Made by a program: the position numbers and the translations under genes
The notes under the pieces: generated by a model
The model's input: only the letters and a program-made list of their open reading frames with translations
Databases searched by the model: none
What the model was told of the DNA's origin: nothing
Shown here: positions 40,868 to 55,199 of the stretch, piece after piece
Layout of the letters: each line of letters opens with the position of its first letter
Numbering within the stretch: the stretch's first letter is position 1
Assembly: GCA_029953675.1 (NCBI GenBank)
Contig: JAMWBK010000005.1
Span: 1,240,001 to 1,304,000 of the forward strand
Origin: Rhodosorus marinus CCMP1338
Taxonomy: Eukaryota > Plantae > Rhodophyta
Length of the DNA: 64,000 bases
Direction: 5' to 3'

Positions 40868-41890
40868 ATGGCGTCTGTAGGCATCCACGAGAACGACGAA
40901 GTAGTTATCAAAGGAGAAGCACCCCTGGACCTAACGTTACACCGTTTCCGTTTTATGTAGTTCATCTCCAGACAGAGCAATGCGTCTACTACGGCCCCAG
41001 GACCAGGACCAGATGAGTTGCTTGTCATCGACTGGACGGACCTACCTTTGTTTCTCCAGGCAATGATAGAGTTCATATGGTGCGGGAATTCGTTTTTCTT
41101 GTTCCTACTGAATAGCTCCAGCCTCTTAAATTACCCCTTTTGTGATTGTTTCTCTTTTTACTCTGGGACAATTAGGGGTTTGGTATTAGGTATTGTGACA
41201 ACCCTCCTTGTTGCTCTTCTACTGAAGCTAGCACAGGTAAGAAGCTCTTGAAAGATTAGGCGCAAGTCCAGTTAGAGGGAGTTTGGAGTCCACTTTTAGG
41301 TTGACGAGGAGTTTTCACCTTTTGCTCTCTACAGTGGGTAGCGGATTCCACACAGGAGTCATTCGCTAGGATGAGACGAAGAAGTTTGTTCAACTCGTTT
41401 CCCATAAGGACTTATACAGAGTCATCGTACAGGAATGGCTGTCTCGAGGTTTGCGCAGTATGCCTCGAAGAGATAAAGATTGGGGAGAAAATTCCAGTTC
41501 TCCAGTGCGGGTATGGACTGAAGTCCCCCTAGTCCCCCATTGATCTATCAGCTTGTGATGGCCTTAATTGCCTTCCAGCTATGTGAGATATGGAACTAAC
41601 AAATCTTCTCTTTTTTCGTTTTGTTTTGTGCTTAAAGGCATGTCTTTCACAAACCTTGTCTGCAGCCTTGGCTGGAAAAGCACTCCCAGTGTCCGTTGTG
41701 TAGACTGAATCTGTACTCCCTGAAGACCTCCGATGAATCTTCGACATCGACTCAACTGTTGACCGCTGGTGTACCTCTGTCTCCTGAGTCGTATGGGGCT
41801 CTTGCGGTAACTCAAAGCAATACTACGATTGCGAATGAGAGCAACGCGCAAGCGTTGAGCTTGACTATTAACGATATGGAAATTGTCTGA
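40868..41890 (+). CDS. Transmembrane RING-H2 E3 ubiquitin ligase (ATL-like), 5 exons
   Basis: Spliced model: MAS|FISRQSNAS...IEFIW|[20 protein letters not shown] (TM)|...[20 protein letters not shown]|[22 protein letters not shown], a complete C3H2C3 RING split by an intron. TGA at 41890. Confidence 0.88.
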
Positions 41891-42066
41891 CAGCGGAGAG
41901 CAAGAGTACATTTGGTTGTGAATAGCAGTGTGCTTTCTGATAAAGACGAAAATTCTTACTATTGCTAGGAATCGACTTATGGGAAACCGCGAAAAGAGAA
42001 AAAAAACCAAACCACGGGGGAAACTGACCGAGGGGGAGCTTGGTTCCCACTCTGTTCATTCTAGAC

Positions 42067-45000
42067 TCAGTAGCCCCGTACTTCCTTTAGAATCTTCTCT
42101 TCGTGGCCCTCGCCAGGGCGCCCATAGGTCTCAAAATGGATTGAAAAGGCAGCCGCTCCTTGCGTGGCTGATCTGACTGATGTGGAATACCCAATTAGCT
42201 CTTGAAGGGGCGCAAAGGACACGAGCGACACATGTCTGTAAGTGCCGGAGCCCTTAGTGCTCACTGACTCCACAGTTCCTGCAAAAGCAGCACCACCTCT
42301 CAGTTACATGATGCTTTCTTCATTGTACGAGTAGTCTTGCTCTGCTCACCACGCCGTCGCGACAGGTCTCTTATCACGTCGCTTACGAATCTCTCTGGCA
42401 CGTTCAGTTCCACTTTCATTACTGGCTCAACGATTCCGGTTCCACTAGCGCGTAAGGCCGCACGAACTGCGGCACCAGCACATGCCTGCATTGCAGTTCG
42501 TTGTCTATTTTCAGTTCCGAATGAGCGCGATGTCATGTCCTCTGCTGGACTCTAGTTTCTCACCTGCAGGGATACTGGTTTAGCCGCCTGTAGTTCATCC
42601 AATTCTTCCTCCGGAATTTCAAGTACATCAACATTCGCACCCACTAGGGGCAGGCCGATTGTGGGCCCTGCCTCCAAGGCTGAGCGAACTCCATCTCGAA
42701 TCGCTTCCGCATGCTCATCACCTAGAGCGAGTACGCTCTCCGCAAGATTAATTGTGTTCTTCCCCATCCCTTCATTCCTGCTGACCCGAACGGTCAGGGT
42801 AGCCTCGAGGCGTTCGCTGCCAAATATGTGGTCATAGTGATGCTTGATCTGAAATTCTCGTTCAACAAGCTCACGATAGGCCACTCTGGGCTTCCCCATT
42901 CTCAGCTCGACCTGGACAACAAAGGAAACCGGTTGCGCTTACAGGTTCAGAGCAAGAGCCTACTCTACTCAGTCCCCGGCCTTTCCCAAAGTTTCTCGAA
43001 TTCACCTCGTGATCTCGACGAAGCCGATTTGCAACGATCTCCAAGTGCAGCTCCCCCATCCCTCCTAGCAATGTCTGTCCAGTCTCCTTGTTGACTATCA
43101 CCGTTAAAGATGGATCCTCCCTCAGCATCAAAGCGAGTGCGGCGTTTAGCTTCTCTTCGTCCGTCTTAGTTTCTGCTTCAAGAGCAACGAAGAAGACCGC
43201 TTCCGGGACCTGTATGCTGTCAAGCTCCGCATGAAATCGCTGAGAGGCAAGCGTCAAAGTATCTCCAGTCCGGGTGACCTTCATGCCAGTCTAGAACGAG
43301 CAAAGGCACAGGGATCTTTTAGGATCGAGAGGGGGGCAGAGCGATGCTTCCCGTCTCGTTAACGCATGGATCAGTTTGCTTACGACGGCATATATTCCAC
43401 CCAAAGTCGCGGCAGCAACCTCGTCAATTGAGTCTGCAAACACTCTCAGAAACTTGGACGGCAGTTCCTTCTGCTTCTGGGTAACGTTGTACAGTGCATG
43501 ACGTGACTGCAGGTTTCCAGAGTACACTCTAATGAACACCAGCGGTCCCATGTGCTTGTCATGAGTCACCTTGAAAGCAAGTGCTGCGGCATGGTCAGTA
43601 TCCTGGACGTGAATAGTCGTGGTGCTCTTGTCGAACTTCCGCACGGTGAACTGCTCAAGCAAACGAAGCAGGCATGAACCTCTCCAGATTAAGGGTTTGA
43701 ATGGTAGACAAACAAGGAGATTATTGAAGTTTTGCGCACCGACGGATGATCCATTGGAGAAGGTAAATAATCGACCTGCACAGCGCGGAAGACGAAAACC
43801 TTCCTTAGCGCTCTGCGTTCTGGTTTCATTCCACAGACCTGGGCTGTTCCCGGGCTGTAAGAACAAGCAGCAGACATGTTCAATTACCGTGGCGTCGAGC
43901 AAGCCGTGGACTCCTCTGTTCCGGAGCGAGGCCCCGCAGAGCACTGGAAAGCACTTTCTTTGAATAGTTGCTTGTCGCAAAGAAGCTTTCAGGGTGCTTT
44001 CGGAGGGATCCTGGCCTTCAAGAACCTTGTCCATGATTCCATCATCGCAATCGGCAAGGTTCTCGAGGAACTGTTCCCTCGCGCTTTCATACCTCTGATG
44101 GAGTTCCGGCGAATTGAGCTCCGAGACGTCGCAGATTCTCTGTCTCAGAATTGAAAAAACAAGCTTCAGGTTGTGGTCGGAGCTCGTCAGAACTGAGCGC
44201 ACTCACCGGCTTCAGCCCTAGTTCATCGTCATCAGAGTATTGAACTGCCTGTTTCTTGATTATATCAATGACTCCCGTGAAGCGGCGGTTGGAGTCGAAT
44301 AGCGGGATCTGAACGACGATGGGATTGACTTGGAGACGATCGCGGATGGTTTGAACGGCGTGTTCAAAGCTCGCCCCTTCCCTGTCCATCTTGTTTACAT
44401 AAATAACATTTGGCAGCAAGTACTTCGTGGCCTGTCGCCAAACCTGAGCAGTTCGCAAAAGGCAGTTGCGTTCAGTTCAAGAGAATCGGGAATCGATCAG
44501 CGTCATATCCATGCAGAGCTTATTTGTTTGTTCCTTGCTACCGTTTCTGTCTGGGACTGTACGCCAGCGACGCCTTCTATAATGGTCACCGCGCCGTCCA
44601 TAACTCTCAGTGACCTCTCGACCTACATGAGTTGCGAGGGAGAGGAGGAGGTAGGAAAAGGATTTGCCCGTAAGAAGAACATGATGTACCCAGTTGCTTT
44701 TGCGAAAAATCTACACAGCTTCACGCGGTTGCTCCAGGAGTATCAACGTGAATGCCTTTTGCTCTTCAAAAGAGAATAGTGTCGTATCGAGTGATCTCTT
44801 CTCCGCGCTTGCTACCCACCGCCTTGAAACTGCCACGGGGCAGCCTGTAGTTTGTCATAGCAGACGCCGACTGGGGCAATAACTAGCCAGGGCGTAGACT
44901 CCCTCGCACGCGTCCTCGTGCTTTGGTGTGAGTAATGAGTATGCAGTCTTACTTCGAGCGTAAAATCTACATGACCAGGTGTATCAATAAGATTGACTTG

Positions 45001-45428
45001 GTGGTCCTTCCAGTTGAATGCTACAGCGGCAGACTGGATAGTTATTCCTCTCTCCCTCTCGTCTCTCAGAAAATCAGTCACAGTGCTTCCTTCATCGACA
45101 TCTGCGGGAACCGAGACGAGGAAAATCTTTCTCAGTCATGTGCTTTGTGCAGAGCTTTTTCCATGATCTCCCAGATCTACATCCTGCCAAGAGCTGTTGT
45201 GTGCTTTTGAGACCCCTTACCACCCAAGTTCTTGACAACGCCTGTGTAGAAAAGCATTCTCTCAGTTGTGGTTGTCTTCCCAGCATCGATGTGAGCTATG
45301 ATTCCCAGGTTCCGGATTCTCTCGACCGCTGACGCGTAGTTTACGTTTTGTGAAGACTTGTGAGCATATCGTCGACCCAAATTGCGGGCAGTAACGACGG
45401 TGATTCGGCGCATCATATTGCGAAGCAT
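42067..45428 (-). CDS. GFM2: Mitochondrial elongation factor G2 / ribosome-releasing factor 2, multi-exon
   Basis: Mitochondrial presequence; [84 protein letters not shown]. The C-terminal [17 protein letters not shown] and the ITIQSAAV motif favour EF-G2 over EF-G1. Confidence 0.9.
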
Positions 45429-47967
45429 CCAGTGTTCCGAGAATAAACCAACACACGCCTCCGCTCTCTACCCCTTTCGGGTCGTAAGACATCTTCCGAA
45501 CCCAACACACCCTAGCACCAGGCTAGAACCAGCCATTGTCAACAACTCGGTGAAGAATACGAACCACAATCTAGGTTGGCAAACACTGTTTCACGAGGGA
45601 CACATCAGGCCACCAGATGTCACGCAATTCCCGGCCCACCAAACATCCCGACTCAGCTTATCCTCGACCGAGAAAATCAGCTCCTCGATCGAACGCCAGT
45701 ATTACCTATGATCGACAGGACACTATCTCCAAGGTCTAGAAGCCTGCAGTACTCGAGCCTGGAAGGACAAACTCATTTGTATCGTACAGTAGCCGTTCTT
45801 GATTCCAAGAGCAGAGTGGAGAAACATGCCCATTTCGACTTGGCTTCACGAGCATTGGGGATTCGAACTCCGAACAGTGAAAGGTATCCTGGGCTTCACG
45901 GATAAAGGTGGTTCTTGCAATCTAGAAACGCTGAAACACTCAGAGAAGCAGTGATCGTCTGCGCATATAGCCGTCGAGTGCCCTGATCTCATTTTCCAGC
46001 TGAGCGTTGAATAGAAAGAACTCCCAATACCACTCAAGCGACGACCCCATCGACGATTGCCCGAAGATTATAGACATGTGCTCAAGCAATCAACATTTTT
46101 CCCATTGATACGGATTTCCATCCTCCATAGTTCTTGACTGACGACGTCTATTTAATATCGATATATACATAAATTGATATCAATATTTTAAAATTAAAAT
46201 ATTATTCATTCACAATTGGACGAGGGTTATATTTTATTTTTTAGAAAGTCTTTTGATAGCAATATTCAATTATTTAACAGAATACCGACTGAAAATCTAC
46301 CTTTTAGAGGGGAAACGTTTTATCGATACGCATTTTTTTAGAGGTCATAGCAGTGATAATGATTGAATAGTCTTCCACTCGTTTCATGACACGCGGCATC
46401 TGGTCGCTTGTCATTTTTTTTTTTGCCCATTTGAATCAACCCGTACTCGACAATAGCCAAAATTTGTTCTCAGATTTCTTGGGCGTCTCTAATGGTACAT
46501 TTTGTTGAATATAATTAGTATTTTAGAGATACTAGATTACTTCTCAATCCTTTAAGGGGGGGAATATTGTATCCTTTCGTTTTGCTTTGAAACTGTCTCC
46601 CCTAATATTTGTTTCAAAGCATCTAGGGTTGTCTCGTGCAAGTGGACCTCTACTTAGTACTGGTTGAAGGTGTCAATGGAGGTGTTGCACGGTCTGAACT
46701 CTTGTTCCTCTGGATAGCTCGCAGCTGGTTTAAAATCATATCCGACTCTAAAAGCAGGACCAACGAACTCGCTTTTGTCCATTCCCTCCAGGCTAAACTC
46801 GCTGAGCTGGTCCATTTTTCAGTGATGTACCTCCACCCAGCCCCGTCCACGTCTGGGCTGGTTCAACGACCAGGAGTACAACCGTTTCGCTTTCAGGCAA
46901 ACTATTATATAGTCTAGCGACCCGCGCAGGAAGCGGACTTCGATAAGAAGCTAATCCAGAGACTTCACCCCTCAAAAGAGCAGCGAAAGCTTTTTAACCT
47001 CGGCAAATGTGATGAAAAGCTCAAACACTCCCCGCTGTTTGGTATCTCCATTCTCCTATGGTGGCAGCTCTGAAACTCTAGAATTCCCGTGGGCTTCTCC
47101 AAATCTAAGAAAAGATAATCAAAACCCCTCTCTGTCTTGATTTGTCACTGACCAGACACGCGTTGGAGGATCCGGAAAGCTACTTTTATGACGTTCAGTC
47201 AAACTGGAGCTGTGCAGAGCGAAGCTCTTAAAACACCACCTATCAAAAGCCTTGAGGAAGGACGACAAGTAACCTGCCGAGAGCGCTATTTAGTAGATGA
47301 AGAAGATGATAAGATTCAGTAAATATATGGACAAGAAGGGAACCTAGTAGCTTTTGCAAATTTATGTGGGGATTTGGTCACCGAGCAAGTTGGGGAAGGT
47401 GAGGGAAAGAGTTTGGCGAGGAGGGAAGGGGAGTCTGAGCCCCTGTTGCTTTGTTGCTCGGGACTTTCGATAAGGCGTGTCTTTTTCGACTTTTTGGGGA
47501 GAAGAAAGGGACTAGTCCTCACGTGTTATGAGGCAGTGTTGTGGAAGGAAAATCACAGTGTCTATGAGGTTTAATAGGCAGTTCTGTGAGGAAGGAAGAG
47601 CTCTGCCGTTGGGGACTAGTTCTAGAGACTCCTTTGCAAAAAGAAAGGATTTCATTGTAGTTTAATGGTTGAATTTGGTTTTTTTTTGCAGACGTGAATA
47701 GTTCTGCGAGAGGCCCGTGAAAGAGTTCCCGAGTAGGGGGTTGCAACGAGGAACACGTACCCGTTTTTTTCCTTCTCCTAGACGATCATCTGTTTTGTTC
47801 TGTGCTTGTCTCGCTGTCTAGTTTGCTTTTCTTGTGGCCGCGGCGTGTGCTCTATTTTAAGCCCGCAACGAGGAGTTGAGCGCCGGGGTGTTTTGTGAAG
47901 CAGATGGTTTTTGCCCGGATTTGTTGATTCTTGGTGAGCTAAGCCTTGGTGAGGAATTGATGGAAGG

Positions 47968-50900
47968 ATGGAGGAGGATGAGCAGCTGATGGCGCTGACT
48001 GCTGATGTTGTCTTTCCGAGCGAGGAGGACTTGTTTCTGGGCGATGAAGCCGACTTCCTAGGTGAGGATGAACGTGGTGATAATATTTTCACACGCCCGT
48101 TGAAGGAGGCGGTGCAACTCGCTTTTCTGAGAACACTGGGATCGCTTGGAATAAGTGCGGAGGAGGAGGAGCTGGTCAGAGAAGCGTCAGATAATGATCT
48201 CACAGGAGCGTACAGCCAGGATGAGCTGGGAAACCTTACTCTGAAGGAGACTGTACATATTGGTTTTCAGAATGCGTTGAACGTGCTGAAAGGTCTCAAG
48301 CTGAGCCAGGAATCGATCTCCGAGGCCAGCCAAGAAGTCGATCGCATAGAGCACGAACTATTTCCTCTCGAAGAGATTGAGAAACTACCGTTTGCTCACG
48401 CAGTAGGGCTCGCTTTTGACCACTGTGAGACCGCGGCGAATCAAATGATAGATCTATTTGAACAGTTGAGAAGTACGAGAACGGTGTCTCTCCTGAAGGT
48501 TATGGATAAGCTCATGCCGAAACAGCTGGAACAGGGGAAGAAGCAATGCGAAGCCATAAAGGTTGTTCTCGATGTTGCCGTACCCGGCAAACTGGATAAT
48601 CTAGAATTCGAACGACGGGACAATTTACACGTTTTCTTCCTTTTTGTTCACAACAACAGGCAACTCTCCTGGCCGTTAAAACTGTAGCGCAACCGATAAT
48701 ACTGATCTCGAAGGAAGGCTCTTCCTGTGTGGGTCAGAATATTCCGGAGACCTCGAACAGGGCTAGAAACGGATACGATTCACTGCTTAAAATCCTGCTG
48801 CAGCTTCTCGTCGGTTTGACCCAAACGCTTAGAATTACTCTTGGTCTCCAAAACAAATACTTGGATATGATTTGGTTTTCAAACTATAACTCCCAGGTTC
48901 GTCGCTCCCTCTCTTTCGTCCTCAACGCGATTTTGCTGCGGTCGGGGCTAACTGGTCCGCGTATCCCGTTTGATCTTCTCCATGGCGAAGTTGGATCAGC
49001 ACTTGCGGCAACTTCGACGAGCATACGGGATTGTATATACCAGTAGCAAAATCGCGAAGCTTATTAACCCGTCGGAGTCCCTGTTTGTCTCTGGAGATCC
49101 GGCGGAACTAGAGCCCGATAAGACCAAGAAAAGTATCAACACCGCTGGCATGTTTGGAAGGCATTTCGGATTTCACTATCCGCAGGAAGTTAGGAACATC
49201 CTTCAGGTGATCAATATCGTAAGGGAATCTACATCCAGCGCTGTAACAGCATCTCCAGGCGCGAGAAACGTCGCCGTAAGTTGCGCTACGTCTGCTCCTA
49301 GCCCGGATCGACTCTAATTTTTTTGTTTTGTAAAGAACGTCCTCCTGACAAGACTGCTTTGCTGCCTTTGTCTGGGGTCTTCAGTTTTTGGCTTACTTTG
49401 TACTGTACGGTAACATGGTGGCGCTGAATGAACTTGGTATAGACATCAAAAAGGCTGCCTCTATTGGTGCCGACGAACAGAACGTTCAAACTATAGGTAC
49501 CGATTGAACGGCTTGCCGCCGCTCCCATAAGCGTGAATTTAGCGAGCGAGCTGAGATCGGATGCTTTCTTTCCTTTTCATGATACAGAAAACGCTAGGCT
49601 CTATTTGAATCTCGTGGACGAACCTCTACTGGTAGCCGGCAGCAAGATTACATCTCCAGACCCATTCATTGATAAAGGCTTTCTAGTCGACAGGGATAAT
49701 GCAGAGCAAGTTTCGCTCCGCTTGATCTCGTTCATGGATCGTCCACATCACGTGGCATCGCTGATGCATCCGGAGAACTGGGTTGAGAGAAAAGTTAGCT
49801 CTTTGCTAACGAAGGAGGCAAAGAACAATTTTGAGCGACTGTCGGAGAAACTAGACGTCTATATGCGCCCTGGTGCACATACTCTTGCACGGACGCTCAT
49901 ATTCCATTTGCACGGTGGAGGATTCATAGGTCAAAGCTCGAAAAGCCACGGGTCCTACATTCGACATTGGGCCGCACACATTCAGGACTCAATCATCATC
50001 AGCGTGGACTATAAGCTGGCCCCTGAGTATAAGTGCGTGGTGTCTAAATTCTAAATTCTGCTTTTCCACGTTTGTACTTTTTGGGCGGTTTTTGCTAACG
50101 GAGATTTCCTCTGGTGGTTTAGGTACCCTTATCAACTTGAAGAGGTCTTTAGCAGTTACACGTGGACTCTAGAGAACTGCGGCGTTTTGGGTGACTTAGC
50201 CCTTCTTTCCTCCGCTTGAACGAGTTAAGTTCCCTGACTCAAATTCTACTCTGGTTTTCATGCGATCCACAACTCAGGAACTCTCGCTGAGAAAATCGTC
50301 TTCTGCGGAGACTCTGCTGGGGGAAACTTGGCCGTAGGCTTAGTGATGAAATGCCTGGAGCACAACGTCAGACTTCCTGATGGTGAGCCTCAATTGTGCG
50401 GATGAGATGGACCTGGCCAACCCGATTGTGATCTGAAATATTGTGTATGGCTTCCAGGAGTTGTCCTTGCTTACCCGGCTCTAAATTTAACAATGCAGTT
50501 GTCCGCTTCACGGGTACTGGCAATGTTTGATCCGATGATGCCCTATACCTTGCTGAAGCTTTGCTTAAGCGCGTGAGTACTACCCAATCGACAATTCTTC
50601 TGCTCTTTTCCTGTGCTGTCTGGCCATTTGCTTATGGTCTGTTTGCGATACTCCGTGCAAAACTTTGACCCTGTTTGGTGGCCTAGAGAAAACTTGAAAA
50701 ATGCATCCAAGACTTTTCTACGTTTAGGTTTCAAACTTTTATAACACTGTAGATTTCAGTGGTGCATATACTTCCCGTTCTTTACTTCATTTCGAATCCG
50801 AGCACACTCTGCGTTGGTCAGTTGTGTATTTTGGGCCTCCACGGGTTATCTAAGCCCTTCCTATCCTCTACTCGATCGCTATGATTAGGTACATACCTGA

Positions 50901-51525
50901 CGATTCCGACCCTTCGAATGATCACTTCCTTTCTCCAATCTTTTCTCCGGTAAGGCTCTTGGAAAAAAGATTAGAATGGGTTAGATGAGTCCCAACTATG
51001 GAGCTTAATGTTCTAGCTCTTGATGACCCCTGAGCTTCGCTTGTCCTTAAAGAAAGCGCAATTTTTTTGTTCTTGCAGGAACATGTGTTGAAAGATTTCC
51101 CTCCGCTGTCTATATTTTCGGGAGCAATCGACCCTCTTCTGGATGATTCTGTCCAGATGATCCACAACGTGAGAAAAGCGGGCCGGTACGGACTGAGCCC
51201 CAGCTTTGCATGCATGGACTGAGGATGTCAATCTGAAATGCTGGATGCTCGTTTTGTCTGCTGTGGCAACTTTAAGATCTGACGCTAGATTGAGAACGTA
51301 TGAGAATTTGCCGCACGGATTTTTGGGCATGGTACCGGTAGGGTTATATAGCAAGCTCCGGGAACGGACCTTACACTCTCCGAAAGCTTCATTCCTAATT
51401 TGTATGAATTTCTTTACGGAATACACAAAAACTAGATTTTGGAGGAGGCCAAGCAAGCTTCTAATGACATTTCACGAAGAATTGCGGAGTACCTGGGCAC
51501 CGAGTTTGTAGATTACAAGGCATAA
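47968..51525 (+). CDS. LIPE: Hormone-sensitive lipase-like alpha/beta hydrolase with a long N-terminal region, multi-exon
   Basis: HLHGGGFIGQSSKSHGSYIRHW..ISVDYKLAPE|YPYQLEE..GDSAGGNL (catalytic Ser)..AYPAL..SASRVLAMFDPMMPYTLLKLCLSAY..DPLLDDS (Asp)..LPHGFL (His). The last exon ends at TAA 51523-51525. Confidence 0.85.
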
Positions 51526-52750
51526 CTGTAAATGGAAAATCGGCGAACGCCTTTTCAGATCGGAAAGCGTTGCTGGAGGCTGGCGGACTTAACGGGAATG
51601 GAAATTTGCCTGGTTAAAAATTGTCGATACTTGTGCATCGTGGAAAACCTCTTTGCTTTCATCTGGGCACTGAGCGTACTAGTGCGAGCTTGTCCTGTTT
51701 GATGCCCTCGACGCTTGGCTCCAGTTTCCCATAACGAGAATGCTTGAGCATTCTAAACAAGCACGACACTGATAAGCCCCGGAAAGATATGGATGCATAT
51801 CAGCTTGACTGGCGTCTAATGCTGTCCAACAGCACAAACCACAAGGTTACATCGAAGAACCTGGTGCGTCTATTGCTGGATTGGACCATGGCTACGGAAA
51901 GTCTTTTTGCTCGGAGACTAGATACACTCTCTTTATCTCCGACGAGGGATATCTTCAACCTCCAAGAGCAGAGTTTCCGCAAGATGCGGCAAGGATTATA
52001 TAGGGTACACGGGGGCAAACCATAGCTAAGCGCCTTGGAATCGAGAAAAAGTCAATCACGAGGAAAACGTAGAGTCCTCAGGAAGCCGACGAGATATTTG
52101 CAACAACGTGCTGGCGACTTTCTTTTGCTACGCTTCCCGACACTCAAGGGAATAATTCGGTTGAAGCTCAGCGCTGCGCAGCACTTAGTCAGTGGAGGAC
52201 CTGAGGCATTGTATTCTTTAGGCCAGGAATTGGCGCATTCCGTTCAGAGGACAATTGAGAGCGGATGCACGTCTAGATTGAACGGCTCTAATGAAATTGA
52301 TCTGGACGAGACAAAGTGCAATATCGATGTGAAGCTTCCTGGGATTATTTTTACTCTGCGAAGAGCTTCATTACTCTCTACCTCACAGAGTGACTGGACT
52401 CCTCGAGCGGTTGTGGAACTCTGGAAACATCACAAAGTGATTGTTAACCCCTCTGTGATGTTTCCACTCGAAAGCTTGAGAGAGCCACTACGCACATTCC
52501 CCGTTCTAACTTTTTCGCTGGTGAAGGGGACGGGGGGGAGGGGAGGGGGAAGGGAGTACATAGGCAGTTGACGTGGTGCATGGTGCTGCTGCCCCCCCCT
52601 CGTAGCCTGGAACGCCCGTCAGGACCGTTGATCATCGCGCGGTAAACTCCAGCAGACGACATGGAATTTTTAAGAAGGTTGCGTTTAAATGCCGGTTTGG
52701 TATTGTGAAACTGGGAACTAGCTAGGCTTTTGCAATCCAATCCGTTGCCT

Positions 52751-52820
52751 TTTATACTCCTTTATACTCTTTACACTTCTTACACTTTTTGCACTTTTTT
52801 CATACTTTTCTATACTTCTA
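52751..52820. repeat. Degenerate ~10-bp pyrimidine-rich tandem repeat (TAYACTTTT-like)
   Basis: tttatactcc tttatactct ttacacttct tacacttttt gcactttttt catacttttc tatacttcta. Confidence 0.5.
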
Positions 52821-55199
52821 GATGGGTACTCCTCCAGGTGGGAGTGCCACCCCCTGGCTACTGCCATCACAGATTATTGAGGCGCATGCTGGCTAAGGTT
52901 CCCTTCCTCTGAAATCGGTTTTCAGCCTTTTTCTTTTTTTGATACTGCTCTTGAAAGCATGTCTGGCAAACCACAAGCATTAAAGCTGACCATTTGTACA
53001 GAGGCATCTGCTCCAACTCAGGTGTTCCTAAAGTGCCTCCTGCGACACGCTCGAGAACGCACGGAGACCGCAATCCCACAGATTCTCTGCTTGATCTTCA
53101 GGGAAGTGCTTTTGAAACAACCGTAGATGAGACTTTCTTCAAAAAATCACCTTTTGGCCGTTCAGCTCCGAATGCGTTTTATGGTGAACAACACTCGGCA
53201 CAATGTCCACACACACCTGAAATACAGTTCAAAGCTGCCAAAATCTAGCCTCAGCATCCAAATACATACCCAACATGCGCTCCGTTTTCAACGCCCGCAT
53301 CTGATCATATAGGCAGTTTAGCACGAGCCCTATTTAGATTGTATGAACGCCGCTATTGAAGAGCATACTATCCTGAATAAGCAGACATGTGACTGCTCAT
53401 ATACTAAACCATTCTTTCTTTTGTTTCAAAAAATCTAAATCTGATGATTGTGGTGTGCGCTGCTGTGTGAATCGATATTGTAGCTATCAAGAGGCTGTCG
53501 AGGAGCAATCCTCCCACCCTCTCCCTATTGTTTCCTAGCTACTTTACAGATTCTAGATCGAGAAAACTGCATGGGGTGACGCAGACCAGGATGCATTCAT
53601 TGTCTGGTCTTGAGAGTCCCGAAAACTCCTCGAGCCAAGTGGGCCATGGACAGGTCCTTCCGCTCAGTTCATAGAGTCATGAAAGTATACCTGTACGATG
53701 CAAACGAGCTTTCCCCTTCCGGCCTCGGTCGCTGTAGCCTCTTAAGAGCTTCTGCGATTACCCCCCCACCCACCTCCCTCCCCGAAAATAGATTTCGTTT
53801 GCAGACTTTGGACATCGTATTTGTTAGGGGCCTTCCGTATTCTTCTGAGTTCTCTTGCAAGTCAAGAGCTTCTTAGAATGTCCTTCAACGGAAGGTTAGC
53901 CTGCCAGAATAAGTCCCTGAAATTCTGAGGGCTAGGAAACACAACCGTGATTGGAACTTCCCATTCCTGCTCTCCGAGAGGGTGGTCTCATCAACACTGA
54001 AGCAAGCCTGTTTAGAGAAGATCACATCTGCATCCATTTGTATCGTCAATACTATTATTGAAATCCATCGATGTCTTTAATGAATTCCCCCAGTTTTTTC
54101 AACGCCCGGCCTGTGACCCCCAATGATTCTTCTGTTTTTCAGATATATGAATATTATTAATTTTTGACTCAAAGCGCGTTGAGTGGGATGTTGTAACCCC
54201 TTTTTTGAATGGACTTCGATTGTGAATCTATTCTAGAACTTAAAAACATTGAGTAAATTTTAGTCAACCGCTGACGGAAATTTTCTATCCACCCCTAGGG
54301 AGGAGTAATAGACAGAGACTAAAGAGATATAAAAAACATAAATAAATATTCATATTGTCGTTAAGGGCTGATATTTACTATACAATATTAATATTATCGT
54401 ACATCGTGTAGTTGTGAATCGCATTTATAATATTAACGGTAGAAAGTGTTTTTTGGTCTAATTTTGTTTTTCCTAGGAGAATACAAGTTCTCTATTGGTT
54501 ACAAAGTAACGGGAGGAATGAAGAAAATACATTAATTGGTTTAAACGCATATGTATAGAGTAGAAATTTACAATTTCGGGATTCCTTACTGGAATGTGAC
54601 TTCGCTTTTTTTTTTTTGGTTGTTCTCCGCAACCGTGAACGCTTTGCGTTACCCTAGTGGGGAGCCTCTAAAAGGGTTAAGGAGAGTATCGATTCGTTTT
54701 TCCCGTCTACCCTCAACCCCAGACTAACGTAGAGCCCAGGTGTGGTGGTCACATCGTGGCAGCGCTCACTTGCTGGTTGATAAGGAATTCCGATATTTCA
54801 AAGCTCAATGATGTTGCTCCCCTTGGAGTGCGGCACGAACTGTCAGGGCCTCAGCAAAATGGTGAACACGGGCTTGGGCGCTCACGTGTGTCCGCGGTCA
54901 GTTTCTCAACCTCAGTCATGTATTGGCAGCGGCGCATAAGATTTTTTTTCAGGTCAAGAGACGGCAAGGCCAGGGGTAGTTCCTAAAGCCTGTGGGTTAG
55001 CCTGCAAGGAGTTTGGTGGGTAGCAATCGTAGCCTACGTTTCGTTTTGGTTGCGGAGGCTTTCCAGGCTGTAGTGAAGGATTCGCAGCAGCTAGGGTGGT
55101 GGTTAAAATGAAAAAGCAAAATTTTATACACCTGGAGCTGAGAGTAAAAGATCCACGCCGGTGGGAGCATCACCAACTAAATATAATATCCTGTACATC

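Noticed and set aside
41055-41175. Non-canonical GC-AG intron in the RING-H2 gene
   Set aside because: A canonical GT donor after ATA TG gives the correct phase (IW|GLVLG), so no GC donor is needed.
43291-44202. Apparent long insertion inside EF-G2 (303-aa ORF)
   Set aside because: Explained by two introns flanking a small exon ([12 protein letters not shown]) that happen to read through in frame.
45850-45880. tRNA T-loop-like GTTCGAATCC on the minus strand
   Set aside because: The flanks do not form a T-stem, and no acceptor, D or anticodon arms could be built.
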